Shown in pieces: positions 18,345 through 28,985 of a DNA stretch of 64,000 nucleotides. How positions within the stretch are numbered: position 1 is the first letter of the stretch; each line of letters starts with the position of its first letter. The notes below the pieces were generated by a model. It made no database searches. It saw only the letters and a program-made list of their open reading frames with translations, and was not told where the DNA came from. Made by a program: the position numbers and the translations under genes. This DNA comes from Candidatus Zhuqueibacterota bacterium (GTDB taxonomy: Bacteria; Zhuqueibacterota; Zhuqueibacteria; Residuimicrobiales; Krinioviventaceae). The DNA lies in assembly GCA_034505495.1 (NCBI GenBank), contig JAPDQV010000009.1, forward strand, positions 39,496-103,495. The letters run 5' to 3'.

Positions 18345-18819
18345 GCCGATAGAACAAACTTTTATTTTTAACGGTTGCCAAGCCCGCATTCGTCCTATGG
18401 TCGAAGCAGACCTGGATGCGGTTGTGGCAATGGAAGAAGAGTCTTTTACCGACCCTTGGAGCAGAGAGGCGTTTCAATACGAGTTGTCCGAAGGAAAATC
18501 GACTGCCTATGTTGTTGTGCTCGAAAATGGAACCGTTGTCGCTTATATTGTCTATCGCATTCTTTTTGACGAGATGCACATTTTGAACCTCGCCGTGGCG
18601 CAGGCGTATCGTCGTCGAGGTATTGCATATAATTTGTTGAATTTTTTTATTGAGCGGGCAAAGGAAGAAGGATTGACTTTTCTTTACCTGGAAGTTCGTG
18701 AATCGAATGCCTCGGCGATCAACCTATACAAAAAGATCGGCTTTCAAGTCATCGGCAGACGAAAGTTTTACTACTTTCATCCGCAGGAAGATGCCTTGGT
18801 GATGGCGAAAAAGCTTTAA
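18331..18819 (+). CDS. rimI: Ribosomal-protein-alanine N-acetyltransferase RimI (GNAT family)
   Basis: GNAT core LAVAQAYRRRGIAYNLL. Conserved position after tsaB. Internal ATG 18331 overlaps the tsaB end. Confidence 0.75.
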   Translation: MLTLKPIEQTFIFNGCQARIRPMVEADLDAVVAMEEESFTDPWSREAFQYELSEGKSTAYVVVLENGTVVAYIVYRILFDEMHILNLAVAQAYRRRGIAYNLLNFFIERAKEEGLTFLYLEVRESNASAINLYKKIGFQVIGRRKFYYFHPQEDALVMAKKL

Positions 18820-18839
18820 ATATTTAACGGAGTAAGCAC

Positions 18840-19700
18840 ATGAGTTGGTTTAAAAGAGAAAAAGCCGGCATAACGGTAACGGACAAAAAGGCATTGCCGG
18901 ACGGACTATGGATCAAATGCGAAAACTGCGGCGAGGTGCTCTACAAGAAAGAGCTGGAGCGTCAGTATTCCGTCTGCAGCAAGTGCGGATTTCATTTCCG
19001 CATAACCTGCAACGAGTATATTGCGTTGATCTGCGATGAGGGCAGTTTTGTTGAAACGTTTGCCAACATTCGTTCGGCAGATCCCTTAAAGTTCAAGGAT
19101 TCGGAGCGCTATATCGACCGCATTAAAAAAGCCATGCAAAAGACAGGCATGACCGAGGCCGTCAAGACCGGAACGGCTGCCATTAACGGTATTCCCGTGG
19201 TTTTGGGCGTGATGGACTTTCGTTTTGTCGGCGGCAGCATGGGCTCCGTGGTTGGGGAAAAAATTGCCCGCGCAACGATGTTGGCGCTCGAAAAGCGCCT
19301 GCCGCTGATTATCGTCTCTGCTTCCGGCGGCGCGCGGATGCAGGAATCAGCTTATTCGCTGATGCAGATGGCCAAAACCTCGGCGCGACTGGCCATGCTG
19401 GCCGAGGCGCGCTTACCTTACATCTCGATTCTTACCCACCCGACCACCGGCGGCGTCACGGCAAGCTTTTCTATGCTGGGCGATGTGATTTTGGCAGAGC
19501 CCGGCGCTCTAATCGGTTTTGCCGGCCCGCGGGTCATCAAACAGACCATCGGTCAGGACCTTCCGGAAGGATTTCAGCGCGCCGAATTTTTGTTGGAGCA
19601 CGGCTTTATCGATGCGGTGATCCATCGCAAAGAACTCAAACAGACTCTTTACTCCCTCCTGACTTTTTTCCTGGATGAAGCGGCGTATCATCAAAATTAA
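18840..19700 (+). CDS. accD: Acetyl-CoA carboxylase carboxyltransferase subunit beta
   Basis: N-terminal Cys4 zinc ribbon CENCGEVLYKKELERQYSVCSKCGFH. Carboxyltransferase motifs GGSMG and GGARMQE. Confidence 0.9.
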   Translation: MSWFKREKAGITVTDKKALPDGLWIKCENCGEVLYKKELERQYSVCSKCGFHFRITCNEYIALICDEGSFVETFANIRSADPLKFKDSERYIDRIKKAMQKTGMTEAVKTGTAAINGIPVVLGVMDFRFVGGSMGSVVGEKIARATMLALEKRLPLIIVSASGGARMQESAYSLMQMAKTSARLAMLAEARLPYISILTHPTTGGVTASFSMLGDVILAEPGALIGFAGPRVIKQTIGQDLPEGFQRAEFLLEHGFIDAVIHRKELKQTLYSLLTFFLDEAAYHQN

Positions 19701-19709
19701 GGACTTTTC

Positions 19710-20489
19710 ATGGCACTGCGAGTTCTATTGACGAATGATGACGGCATCAATGCTCCGGGTTTGGCGGCGCTTGCCGAAGCCGTCGGCAAAGTCGCGCAGA
19801 TTATGATCGTCGCACCCGCCACCGAGATGAGTGCGGTCGGTCATGCCATTACTCTAACCGATCCCCTGCGCGTTGCCGAGGTAAAGAAAAACGGCCGTTT
19901 TTACGGCTATGCCGTTACCGGAACCCCGGCCGATTGCGTTAAAATCGCTTATTGGGCGCTATTGGCGAAAAAGCCCAAGCCCGACGTGCTCATTTCCGGC
20001 ATCAATCAGGGCGCCAATACGGGCATCAACACAATCTATTCCGGCACGGTCTCAGCAGCAACCGAAGGCGCCATCTTGGGCATACCTTCATTTGCCATTT
20101 CGCTGACGACCTATGTCAACCCGGACTTTACCTTTGCCGCCGAGTTCGCAGCACGCTTTTTGCAGGTCTTTAAAAGCCTTCCCCTTCCCCCCGATGTTTT
20201 TTTGAACATCAACGTGCCGGCGGTGCCGCGGCAAGAGATCAAGGGCATCCGCATAACCGAACAGGGAATGGCAAAATATATGGAAAAATATCACGTTCGC
20301 AGGGATCCCTATAACCGTAAATACTACTGGTTGACCGGTTACAAAGTCGATGTTGAAACTGATCCGGGCATCGATGATGCGGCAACGCAGGCGAACTATA
20401 TTTCCATTACGCCGGTTCATTATAACCTGACCTATTATCCGATGATCGAACGGCTCAAATCTTTAAATTTGGAATCGATGACATGGTAA
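19710..20489 (+). CDS. surE: 5'/3'-nucleotidase SurE
   Basis: [19 protein letters not shown]-terminus. [11 protein letters not shown] motif. Confidence 0.9.
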   Translation: MALRVLLTNDDGINAPGLAALAEAVGKVAQIMIVAPATEMSAVGHAITLTDPLRVAEVKKNGRFYGYAVTGTPADCVKIAYWALLAKKPKPDVLISGINQGANTGINTIYSGTVSAATEGAILGIPSFAISLTTYVNPDFTFAAEFAARFLQVFKSLPLPPDVFLNINVPAVPRQEIKGIRITEQGMAKYMEKYHVRRDPYNRKYYWLTGYKVDVETDPGIDDAATQANYISITPVHYNLTYYPMIERLKSLNLESMTW

Positions 20490-22027
20490 GTGAACATTCC
20501 GAGATATTGTTGGTTTTAGATTTCGGTTCGCAATATACCCAATTGATAGCTCGACGTATTCGTGAGTTGGGGGTTTATTCGGAAATAAAACCCTACTTTA
20601 CTTCGGCAGAAGAGATCAAAAAAATCAATCCGCGGGGAATCGTCCTCTCGGGCGGACCGGCTTCGGTTTATGCCGCCGACGCGCCCTTGCCGGAACCGGA
20701 GCTTTTTTCACTCGGCATCCCGATCTTGGGCATTTGCTATGGCCTGCAGGTGACGGCGCATTTGTTGGGCGGAGAAGTATCCAGGGCGTCGCGCCGAGAG
20801 TACGGCCGAGCGGTCATCGAGGTACTGGAAGACGACGAGCTGTTTCATGGTCTTCCGCCGCGTCTCGACGTCTGGATGAGTCACGGTGATCATCTGACGC
20901 GAATGCCGAACGGTTTTTGCGCCATTGCCAAAACCGCCAATTCGCCGATTGCCGCCATGAAGCATGAGCGTTTGCCGATCTTTGGCCTGCAGTTTCATCC
21001 GGAGGTAGTGCATACACCTAACGGCAAGGAAATTTTAGCGAATTTTGTCTTTCGCATTTGCGGCTGTCGCGGCGGCTGGAACGCCGGCGCTTTTATCGAG
21101 TCGACGGTGGAGAGCATTCGCGCGCAGGTCGGCGAGGGTCGTGTCATATGTGCGCTGAGCGGCGGCGTAGATTCCACTGTTGCCGCCTATTTGGTGGCAA
21201 AGGCCGTCGGCAGGCGGCTGGTCTGCATTTTTGTCGATACCGGGCTTTTGCGCTATAAAGAAGCGGAAGAAGTCGCCGCCTTTTTCCGCAATGCGGATTT
21301 CGAGTTTCGTCTGGTGAATGCCGCGGATCGCTTTTTGAGACGGCTTAAGACCATAACAGATCCGGAAGTAAAGCGAAAGATCATCGGCGAGGAATTTATT
21401 CGTGTATTTGAGGAAGAAGCGAGCAAGGTCGGACGAGTGGATTATTTGGTTCAGGGCACCCTTTACCCGGACGTCATAGAGAGCACGTCGGTACGAGGGC
21501 CCTCCGTCAAGATCAAATCGCATCACAACGTCGGCGGTCTGCCGGAAGTCATGGGATTGTCTTTGATCGAACCTCTGCGCGAGCTGTTTAAGGACGAGGT
21601 GCGACGCGTCGGCGCCGAACTTGGCGTGCCGAAAGAAATACTAGGCCGGCATCCCTTCCCGGGACCAGGACTTGCCGTACGAATTTTGGGCGAGGTGACG
21701 CCGGAGCGTATTGCCGTGCTTCAACAAGCGGATCACATTTTCATTCAGGAGCTGCGGCGAAGCGGCTACTACGATCAAGTCTGGCAGGCGTTTGCCGTGT
21801 TGCTGCCGGTGCAGTCCGTCGGCGTCATGGGCGATGAGCGAACTTATGAAAATGTTGCGGCGCTGAGAGCCGTCACCAGCACCGACGGCATGACGGCCGA
21901 TTGGGCACCTCTGCCGCACGAGCTCCTCGCTTTGGTTTCCAATCGCATTATCAACGAGGTCAAAGGAGTCAATCGGGTGGTGTACGACATCAGTTCCAAA
22001 CCGCCCAGCACCATCGAATGGGAATAG
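20483..22027 (+). CDS. guaA: GMP synthase (glutamine-hydrolysing)
   Basis: Class-I glutamine amidotransferase domain (GICYG) plus PP-loop SGGVDSTV and the GMP synthase C-terminal domain. Overlaps the surE stop by 7 nt. Confidence 0.95.
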   Translation: MVSEHSEILLVLDFGSQYTQLIARRIRELGVYSEIKPYFTSAEEIKKINPRGIVLSGGPASVYAADAPLPEPELFSLGIPILGICYGLQVTAHLLGGEVSRASRREYGRAVIEVLEDDELFHGLPPRLDVWMSHGDHLTRMPNGFCAIAKTANSPIAAMKHERLPIFGLQFHPEVVHTPNGKEILANFVFRICGCRGGWNAGAFIESTVESIRAQVGEGRVICALSGGVDSTVAAYLVAKAVGRRLVCIFVDTGLLRYKEAEEVAAFFRNADFEFRLVNAADRFLRRLKTITDPEVKRKIIGEEFIRVFEEEASKVGRVDYLVQGTLYPDVIESTSVRGPSVKIKSHHNVGGLPEVMGLSLIEPLRELFKDEVRRVGAELGVPKEILGRHPFPGPGLAVRILGEVTPERIAVLQQADHIFIQELRRSGYYDQVWQAFAVLLPVQSVGVMGDERTYENVAALRAVTSTDGMTADWAPLPHELLALVSNRIINEVKGVNRVVYDISSKPPSTIEWE

Positions 22028-22036
22028 GAGGGTTAT

Positions 22037-23869
22037 ATGTGCGGAATCGTAGGTTATATTGGCACCAAAAACGCTTTGCCGATCCTGCTCAACGGCTTGA
22101 AAAGGCTGGAATATCGGGGATATGATTCGTCCGGCATTGCCCTGCAGGGCAACGGCAATTTGTTTATCGAAAAACAGGTTGGCAAAATCAGTGCGTTGGA
22201 GAATTTGCTCAACGGCAGGTCTTTCGAATCTACCCTCGGCATTGGCCATACACGTTGGGCGACACACGGTGCGCCCTCGCAAATAAACGCGCATCCGCAT
22301 TTGGACTGCAGCGGCAAAATCGCCGTAGTGCATAACGGCATAATTGAAAACTATGCGCAATTGCGGCGGGAACTGATTAATCGCGGCTGCCGTTTCGCCT
22401 CGGAAACCGACACCGAAACGCTGCCGCATCTGTTTGCCGAGGCAATGGAGCAGGGCTGCAGCTTTTTCGAGGCTGTACTGCAAAGCCTGCGCCGGGTGGA
22501 AGGAACTTACGGCATCATTGTCATGCACGCCGACTATCCCGATCAGCTCATTGCGGCGCGCAAGGGAAGTCCGTTGGTCATCGGTCACGGCAACGGTGAA
22601 TATTTCATTGCCTCCGATGCCGCACCCCTCGTCGGTTATACGACGGACGTCACCTTTCTGGAGGACGGCGAGGTGGCGCTTGTTCAGCGGGATGGGATTA
22701 CCATCCGCACCATCGACAACCGATCCGTCGTGCCGCACGTTGAGTGCATCGACACGGATGTGTCGACCTTGGAAAAAGGCGGCTATCCCCACTTTATGCT
22801 CAAGGAAATCATGGAGCAGCCGAAAACGCTGCAGGATTCCATGCGCGGCAGGCTGCTTCTTGAAGAGGGAACTGCCAAATTGGGCGGCATTCAATACGAG
22901 GTTCAATCGCTGCTCAACGCCAATCGCGTCGTCATAACGGCCTGCGGCACCTCCTGGCATGCCGGACTGATTGCCGAGTATATGATCGAGGAATTCGTCG
23001 GCATACCGGTTGAAGTCGAGTACGCCTCCGAGTTCCGTTACCGTAACCCCATTCTCGGTCCCTCTTCGGTCGTCATCTGCATCAGCCAGTCCGGCGAGAC
23101 GGCGGACACGCTGGCGGCGCTGCGCGAAGCCAAGAGAAAAGGCAGTAAAGTGCTGGGCGTCTGCAATGTCGTCGGGTCGACGATCGCCAGGGAAAGCGAT
23201 GCAGGCATTTACCTGCACGCGGGTCCGGAAATCGGTGTCGCTTCGACCAAAGCCTTTACCTCGCAGGTGGTGGTCATGGCGCTGATGACCCTGCTTCTGG
23301 CGCGCATGCGCAACATGTCGCATGCCAAAGGACGCGAATTTGCCCAGGCGCTGTACGAACTGCCGCAAAAAGTCGAGCGCGTTTTGGCGCAAAATGAAAA
23401 GATATATGCCATTGCCAGAAAATACTACCGCGCCAAGAACTTTCTCTACTTGGGAAGAGGATACAATTTTCCTGTGGCGCTGGAAGGCGCGTTGAAAATG
23501 AAGGAAATTTCCTACATTCACGCGGAAGGCTATCCGGCAGCAGAAATGAAGCACGGCCCGATCGCCCTCATCGACAAAAAAATGCCGGTTGTAGTCATCG
23601 CCACGCGCGACTCAATCTATGACAAAGTAATCAGCAACATTATGGAAGTCAAAGCCCGCGGAGGACGCGTCCTTGCGATTGCCACGGAAGGCGACGAAGA
23701 AATCAAGCGGCATGTGGATCATGTCATTTACGTGCCGAAGACTTTTGAGCCTCTCAATCCTTTGGTGACCATTATCCCGCTGCAACTGCTGGCTTATCAT
23801 GTGGCGGTGCTGCGCGGTTGCGATGTGGATCAGCCCCGTAATTTAGCGAAAAGCGTAACTGTTGAATAA
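22037..23869 (+). CDS. glmS: Glutamine--fructose-6-phosphate aminotransferase
   Basis: MCGIVGYIG N-terminal nucleophile Cys. Two SIS domains. C-terminal ...VTVE. GGAGG Shine-Dalgarno. Confidence 0.95.
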   Translation: MCGIVGYIGTKNALPILLNGLKRLEYRGYDSSGIALQGNGNLFIEKQVGKISALENLLNGRSFESTLGIGHTRWATHGAPSQINAHPHLDCSGKIAVVHNGIIENYAQLRRELINRGCRFASETDTETLPHLFAEAMEQGCSFFEAVLQSLRRVEGTYGIIVMHADYPDQLIAARKGSPLVIGHGNGEYFIASDAAPLVGYTTDVTFLEDGEVALVQRDGITIRTIDNRSVVPHVECIDTDVSTLEKGGYPHFMLKEIMEQPKTLQDSMRGRLLLEEGTAKLGGIQYEVQSLLNANRVVITACGTSWHAGLIAEYMIEEFVGIPVEVEYASEFRYRNPILGPSSVVICISQSGETADTLAALREAKRKGSKVLGVCNVVGSTIARESDAGIYLHAGPEIGVASTKAFTSQVVVMALMTLLLARMRNMSHAKGREFAQALYELPQKVERVLAQNEKIYAIARKYYRAKNFLYLGRGYNFPVALEGALKMKEISYIHAEGYPAAEMKHGPIALIDKKMPVVVIATRDSIYDKVISNIMEVKARGGRVLAIATEGDEEIKRHVDHVIYVPKTFEPLNPLVTIIPLQLLAYHVAVLRGCDVDQPRNLAKSVTVE

Positions 23870-23885
23870 AGATCGGAGAATCATT

Positions 23886-25733
23886 TTGAAGCGCATTTTG
23901 GGTCTTTTGACCGTCCTGTTCCTTCTCGGCGCAGTCGGGATCAAAGCTCAGCCTTCGTTCGGTGAAAGCAGTTTTCAATCCGCCCTCATTCTGTTCCGAA
24001 ACGGCGATTATGAAAAAGCCGAGGCACAATTGCTGAGTATGATCGAAAAACTGCCCGAAAATCCCAAGCGGTCGAGCATGCTGCTGCTGTTGAGCAAGAT
24101 TTACTTGGACCGGCAGGAACCGGATAAAGCTCTTCGATATGCCGATCTGCTCCTGCAGGACTATCCCTCAAGTCGCTATCTTCCGTTTGCGCATTTTTAT
24201 AAAGCGCAGGCTTTGAATCAAAAAAATGATCGGGTAGGAGCATTGGTAGAAACTGCCTATGCCGTCGAATTTGCCGAGGCAGAGATGCGATACCGCTTCG
24301 AAGCGGCTGCAGCGGAGCTTGTTCGGTCAATCGGTGCGGCGAGGCAAATCGAAGAGATTTCACGACAGCCGGAATGGAACAAGGCACGTCCCATTCTCCT
24401 GATTCTTGCGGCGCAGGCGAATATGGAAGCCGGAGATGCCGAGCGGGCGCGCGCCTTAATCGATCAGCTCTTGGCTGAAAAAACAGAATCGCGCTATCGA
24501 ACCGTCGCCTTGAAGCTCAAAGAAAAGCTCGCACAACCCATGCAAAAACCTTTCCGCGTCGGTTTGCTTATGCCCCTGAGCGGTTATTTCAGCGAAGAAG
24601 CGGAAGAGTTCCTTGCCGGTGCGGCTTTGGCTGTGAAGCTTCGTCGGAATATGTCTCCCCCTGTCGAGCTTTACTTGGGAGATACTGCCGGTTCGGTTGC
24701 GGATGCGCGCAGACTGACGCAGGAACTAGTCAGCGGGGGTATTGACGCGATCATTGGGGAGCTGGAAGCGGACAAGTCTTCGGCCATCGCCGAGTTGATA
24801 GCCAACACTGAAGTTCCGCTGCTCATGCCGACGGCGACCGAAACGATTTTGACGGCGGGCGGAAACAATCTTTTTCAACTCAACAGCCCCATCGATATCC
24901 GCGGCAGAGCTTTGGCGGCTTTTGCGGTTCGCTCATTGGGTGCGAAAACCTTTGCCATGCTGACACCGGAGGATGAAATCGGCAGGCGCTGGGCCGAGGC
25001 TTTTGCCGCAGAGGTGGCAAGATTGGGCGGTGTGATGGTCTGCCGCCAAACCTACCACCCGGATTCGACCAACTTTTCCTCGCAGCTGGAAGCAATCCGC
25101 GAGGCAGGGTTCCGCTATTCGGTACGCCAATCTCTGACTGTCGGCGGACGTTCGGCCGACCCGGCTGAGGTAGACCGTGTTTATGAACAAATGAACCAAT
25201 CGGCCAAACGCAAATCGGAAAATCGCGCGGAACTTCCAAAACAAACCCGCATCCCCATGCAGGCTGTGGATGCGGTGTTCATTCCCATGAATGAAGCAGA
25301 GTTACCGTTTATTGCCTCGCAGTACGCACTCTATAATATCAAAGCGCAGCTATTAGCTGGTGATCAGGTCTACAATCTCGAAAAGTTACGCGAGCAGCAG
25401 TCCTATCTCAACAAAATGATTTTCGTTTCCGGCTATTATTTTTCCGAAGCGGATTTGCTCTACAAAGAATTCGTTGAAAATTGCCTTGCCGAGATCGGAC
25501 ACGAGCCCACGCCCATGACTGCATACGGCTATAATGCCTTGCAGCTTATTCTCGATGGCCTTGATGAGGGCAATCGTTCGGGCGCGGCGATGAAGGCTTT
25601 TCTTGCCGGAGTCAAGGACTTTGAGGGTGTCGGCACGTTCATACGCCTGAACAATCCGCAGCGCGTCAATCAATTTGTCAACATCCTCCAGTTCGTCGAC
25701 GGCAACGTGTTCCGCTTGAACACATTGGATTAA
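23886..25733 (+). CDS. Periplasmic TPR-domain protein fused to a type-I periplasmic binding protein domain (LivK/Peripla_BP_6-like); LpoA-like architecture
   Basis: TTG at 23886 with GGAG 7 nt upstream gives signal peptide MKRILGLLTVLFLLGAVGIKAQ; the ORF track starts at TTG 23862, overlapping glmS. TPR-like N-terminal half. C-terminal FRVGLLMPLSGYFSEEAEEFLAGAALAV is typical of Leu/Ile/Val-binding-protein folds. Confidence 0.55.
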   Translation: MKRILGLLTVLFLLGAVGIKAQPSFGESSFQSALILFRNGDYEKAEAQLLSMIEKLPENPKRSSMLLLLSKIYLDRQEPDKALRYADLLLQDYPSSRYLPFAHFYKAQALNQKNDRVGALVETAYAVEFAEAEMRYRFEAAAAELVRSIGAARQIEEISRQPEWNKARPILLILAAQANMEAGDAERARALIDQLLAEKTESRYRTVALKLKEKLAQPMQKPFRVGLLMPLSGYFSEEAEEFLAGAALAVKLRRNMSPPVELYLGDTAGSVADARRLTQELVSGGIDAIIGELEADKSSAIAELIANTEVPLLMPTATETILTAGGNNLFQLNSPIDIRGRALAAFAVRSLGAKTFAMLTPEDEIGRRWAEAFAAEVARLGGVMVCRQTYHPDSTNFSSQLEAIREAGFRYSVRQSLTVGGRSADPAEVDRVYEQMNQSAKRKSENRAELPKQTRIPMQAVDAVFIPMNEAELPFIASQYALYNIKAQLLAGDQVYNLEKLREQQSYLNKMIFVSGYYFSEADLLYKEFVENCLAEIGHEPTPMTAYGYNALQLILDGLDEGNRSGAAMKAFLAGVKDFEGVGTFIRLNNPQRVNQFVNILQFVDGNVFRLNTLD

Positions 25734-25817
25734 ATTTGCGTTCGCACTTGAAACGGCAAAACGAATTTTAGCACCGCCGGAAATGAAACGGATGAGCGAT
25801 CAAAAAGGAAAACACAG

Positions 25818-26636
25818 ATGAATTTTTTAAAAGCGGCCGTTCTCGGTATTGTTCAAGGCTTGACGGAATTTCTGCCGGTCAGCAGTTCGGGACATTTGGT
25901 CTTGGCCGAGCATTTTCTCCATTTCGAGGGCATCGGGCTGGAGTTTGAGGTTTTTTTGCATTTTGGAACGCTTCTCGCCATCTTGACTGTGTTCTATCAA
26001 GATATCCTGCGTCTGTTTGCGGCCTTTTTTGCTTTGTTCGGTCGGCAGACGCGGCAGAACGGTTTGGCGGTTTTTTATCGCCAGAACCAAGATGTGCGCA
26101 CTCTGCTTTACTTGATCATCGCCTCGATTCCGGCCGGCGTCATCGGCGTTTTATACGAAGATCAGATCGAACAAGTATTCGGCAGCCCACGCCTGACCTC
26201 CATCATGCTGCTGATCACGGCCGGATTTTTAGCTGCGACGTTCTTTGTAAAGGTGGGACAAAACCGCCTGGCATTGCTCAATACATTCATAATCGGTTTG
26301 GCTCAGGCGGCGGCCATTTTACCCGGCATCTCCCGTTCGGGCGCAACCATCAGCGCCGGCCTCTTGCAAAAGGTCGACAGCGATCAGGCCGCGCGGTTTT
26401 CATTCCTGTTGGCCGTTCCGGCTATTTTAGGGGCGACGCTTTTGAAAACCGTCGACGTTATTCAAGCAGGTTTGGATGGCGACACGCTTCTTGTTCTGAC
26501 TGTCGGGATGGTCTGCGCCTATATTTCAGGACTGGCCGCCATCCGTTCTTTGTTGGCCATTGTTCGCCGCGGCAAACTCTATTACTTTGCCCCCTATTGT
26601 CTGTTGCTCGGCCTTTTAGGACTGCTGCTCATCTGA
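25818..26636 (+). CDS. uppP: Undecaprenyl-diphosphatase
   Basis: MNFLKAAVLGIVQGLTEFLPVSSSGHL is the signature UppP/BacA N-terminus. Polytopic membrane protein. Confidence 0.9.
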   Translation: MNFLKAAVLGIVQGLTEFLPVSSSGHLVLAEHFLHFEGIGLEFEVFLHFGTLLAILTVFYQDILRLFAAFFALFGRQTRQNGLAVFYRQNQDVRTLLYLIIASIPAGVIGVLYEDQIEQVFGSPRLTSIMLLITAGFLAATFFVKVGQNRLALLNTFIIGLAQAAAILPGISRSGATISAGLLQKVDSDQAARFSFLLAVPAILGATLLKTVDVIQAGLDGDTLLVLTVGMVCAYISGLAAIRSLLAIVRRGKLYYFAPYCLLLGLLGLLLI

Positions 26637-26651
26637 TCGGAGGGAATCGGT

Positions 26652-27671
26652 TTGCCCAAGCCGAAAAACACCGAAACCGATTTTTATCAAAAATTGGAAA
26701 AAAAGGATTTTTCGCCGGTTTACTTTTTTTTCGGTGCGGAAGAATTCTTGATTCAGCAGTATACGGACGATCTCCTTCGTGCAGCGCTGACGGATCAGGA
26801 TCGCGATTTCAATTTAGACATTTTTTATGCGAACGAATGCGATGCAGCGACGGTTGTCAACGCCGCCTCCTCGTTCCCGATGATGGCGGAGCGGCGCGTC
26901 GTGCTCGTGCGCGACCTTCACCTGATGCCGGATGCAGGCTTGAAACTCTTGCTTTCTTATGCAGCTAACCCTTCGCCTACCACCTGTCTCGTCATGAGCA
27001 GCGCGAAAATGGACGCTGCAAGCGGTTTTGTCAAAAAGTTGCCGGATTCCGTCTATGTTTTGGAATGTCGGCCTCTGTACGAGAATCAAATTCCGCAATG
27101 GTTGACACTATATGTAAAAAAGCGCGGGTACAGCATTACACCGGAAGCGGTCTCTCTGCTGCAGGCTGAAATCGGTGCTTCGCTGCTGCGTTTGGCATCC
27201 GAAATCGAAAAGATCGAGCTTTTACTGGAAGGCCGCAAAGTGATCGAGGCGGCGGATGTGGAAAAGGTGGTCGGCAGTTCACGGCAATTTACGGTGTTCG
27301 AGTTACGTGACGCACTCGGTGAACGCAATGCGGTCAAAGCGGTTCGCACCCTCAACCGGCTGCTGGAGGTCGGCGAAAAGCCGGTCGGCATCGTCGCCTC
27401 TCTGTTTACGCACTTTGCTTCATTAGCGAAAGCCAAAGAGCTTGATCGGCAAAGTCCAAAAGAGATGCTTGCTGCGGCGTTAAAGGTCAATCCCTATTTT
27501 GTCGAAAAAATCTTTTATCAAGCGAATCGCTACAGCACGGAACAGCTCGACCAGGTCTTTTCTTTGCTTTTGGAAGCCGATCAACAGCTTAAATCGAGTG
27601 CGCAAAAGCCGGAATTAATTTTGCAGCTTTTGGTGATGGAAATCGTGACCCTCGGGCGTAAAAACGAATAA
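26652..27671 (+). CDS. holA: DNA polymerase III subunit delta
   Basis: YFFFGAEEFLIQQY and the overall delta-subunit layout. TTG start with GGAGGG Shine-Dalgarno. Confidence 0.8.
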   Translation: MPKPKNTETDFYQKLEKKDFSPVYFFFGAEEFLIQQYTDDLLRAALTDQDRDFNLDIFYANECDAATVVNAASSFPMMAERRVVLVRDLHLMPDAGLKLLLSYAANPSPTTCLVMSSAKMDAASGFVKKLPDSVYVLECRPLYENQIPQWLTLYVKKRGYSITPEAVSLLQAEIGASLLRLASEIEKIELLLEGRKVIEAADVEKVVGSSRQFTVFELRDALGERNAVKAVRTLNRLLEVGEKPVGIVASLFTHFASLAKAKELDRQSPKEMLAAALKVNPYFVEKIFYQANRYSTEQLDQVFSLLLEADQQLKSSAQKPELILQLLVMEIVTLGRKNE

Positions 27672-27684
27672 GACGGTTGATTCG

Positions 27685-28302
27685 ATGGCTAAGGGAAAAG
27701 ACAGCGTTTATTCCGATTATTTCGATTTCGATGCTTTGCCCGATGAGGAGCTGATCCGGCTTTTTCAAAACGACGAATTGGCCGCCTATGATACGTTGGT
27801 CCGCCGATACCGCGACCAGCTCTACCTGTTTGCCTATCGATTTTTGGGCAACCAGCAGGAAGCGGAAGACGTGGTTCAGGAGACTTTTCTACGGCTTTTC
27901 CGCAAGCGCCACGCCTATCGACAGATTGCTAAATTTTCCACATGGATTTACACCATAGCCGGAAATCTTGCCAAAACCGAATTGCGAAGGCGCAAACGCC
28001 GCCGCCTCGTCTCCATCAATGATATGGGGTTCGACGAAAAAGAATTCGAAATCGAAGACGAGGGAATGGATACGGAACGCGAAGCGGACTCGTCCATGAC
28101 CGACAAGCTGATTCAACAGGCCATTTCCGAACTTTCTCCGCGCTTCCGCGAAGTGATCATTTTACGAGATATTCAGGAACTTTCGTATGAAGAGATAGGT
28201 TCTATACTGCGAATTCCGCTCGGCACGGTCAAATCACGGGTGAATCGGGCAAGGTTGAAACTGCAGGCCAAGCTGAAAGCGATCAAACCGGAAAACAAGT
28301 AA
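27685..28302 (+). CDS. ECF-subfamily RNA polymerase sigma factor (sigma-24-like)
   Basis: Sigma region 2 (ETFLRLFRKRHAYRQIAKFSTWIYTIAGN) and region 4 (LSYEEIGSILRIPLGTVKSRVNRAR). Confidence 0.85.
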   Translation: MAKGKDSVYSDYFDFDALPDEELIRLFQNDELAAYDTLVRRYRDQLYLFAYRFLGNQQEAEDVVQETFLRLFRKRHAYRQIAKFSTWIYTIAGNLAKTELRRRKRRRLVSINDMGFDEKEFEIEDEGMDTEREADSSMTDKLIQQAISELSPRFREVIILRDIQELSYEEIGSILRIPLGTVKSRVNRARLKLQAKLKAIKPENK

Positions 28303-28313
28303 TGGAGGTGTGC

Positions 28314-28973
28314 ATGTCCCTTTGCAACAGAGTGCAAAAGTTGTTTTCGGCATATCATGAGGGCGAATTGGCAGAGGATCAAAGGATTGCATTCGAGCAG
28401 CATTTGGAGGAGTGCTCCAGATGTCGGGAAAATTTTTCTGCTTTCCAGGTTGTCTGCCGCCGCCTGAAAGAACTGCCGAAACCTAAGCCCACCCCCTATT
28501 TTGACGCTGCCTTGTATTATCGCGTACGTCGTGAACAGAGTCATGCATCCCGCTATACCGTTTTCCCAGTGCCTTCGTGGAGGACCGTTCCAGTCTTTGC
28601 AGCTGCGGCGGTTCTGCTCGTTTTTCTCGGCGCTCAGCTGCAGAAAGCGGCTATGGACAAACAAATACGCGAGCTGGCGGCGCTCAACGATTTGCTGCGA
28701 CAAAATGCCGAGGCTTCCGCACATTTCGTCGTTACGCAAATTGATACCACGGCTAATCGCATCAAGGTCATCAAATACGTCAACACCCGACCTGCAGGCG
28801 TTGAATGGGTTAATTATCCTGCTCAAGCGAGCCGCAGAACGCTCATTGATCGTGACGCCGACGGCTATCCTGACCTGCGGCGGGCACCCAGACCTGCGAC
28901 CGGCCTTTTCTCTCCCCCGTCCTCTGAGTTGAACGGAGCGCGCGTTATTCAGGCAAGCCAGTATCAGTTCTAA
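28314..28973 (+). CDS. Putative anti-sigma factor (zf-HC2-type N-terminus, single TM helix, periplasmic C-terminal domain)
   Basis: H-x3-C-x2-C motif in HLEECSRCRENF. TM segment VPVFAAAAVLLVFLGA. Lies immediately downstream of the ECF sigma gene. ATG 28314 has a GGAGG Shine-Dalgarno; the ORF track starts at ATG 28302, overlapping the sigma stop. Confidence 0.6.
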   Translation: MSLCNRVQKLFSAYHEGELAEDQRIAFEQHLEECSRCRENFSAFQVVCRRLKELPKPKPTPYFDAALYYRVRREQSHASRYTVFPVPSWRTVPVFAAAAVLLVFLGAQLQKAAMDKQIRELAALNDLLRQNAEASAHFVVTQIDTTANRIKVIKYVNTRPAGVEWVNYPAQASRRTLIDRDADGYPDLRRAPRPATGLFSPPSSELNGARVIQASQYQF

Positions 28974-28985
28974 TTCGACGCGAAT

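Noticed and set aside
21641-23554. 637-aa minus-strand ORF
   Set aside because: It is antisense to guaA and glmS, both unmistakable by motifs. High GC makes long antisense frames common.
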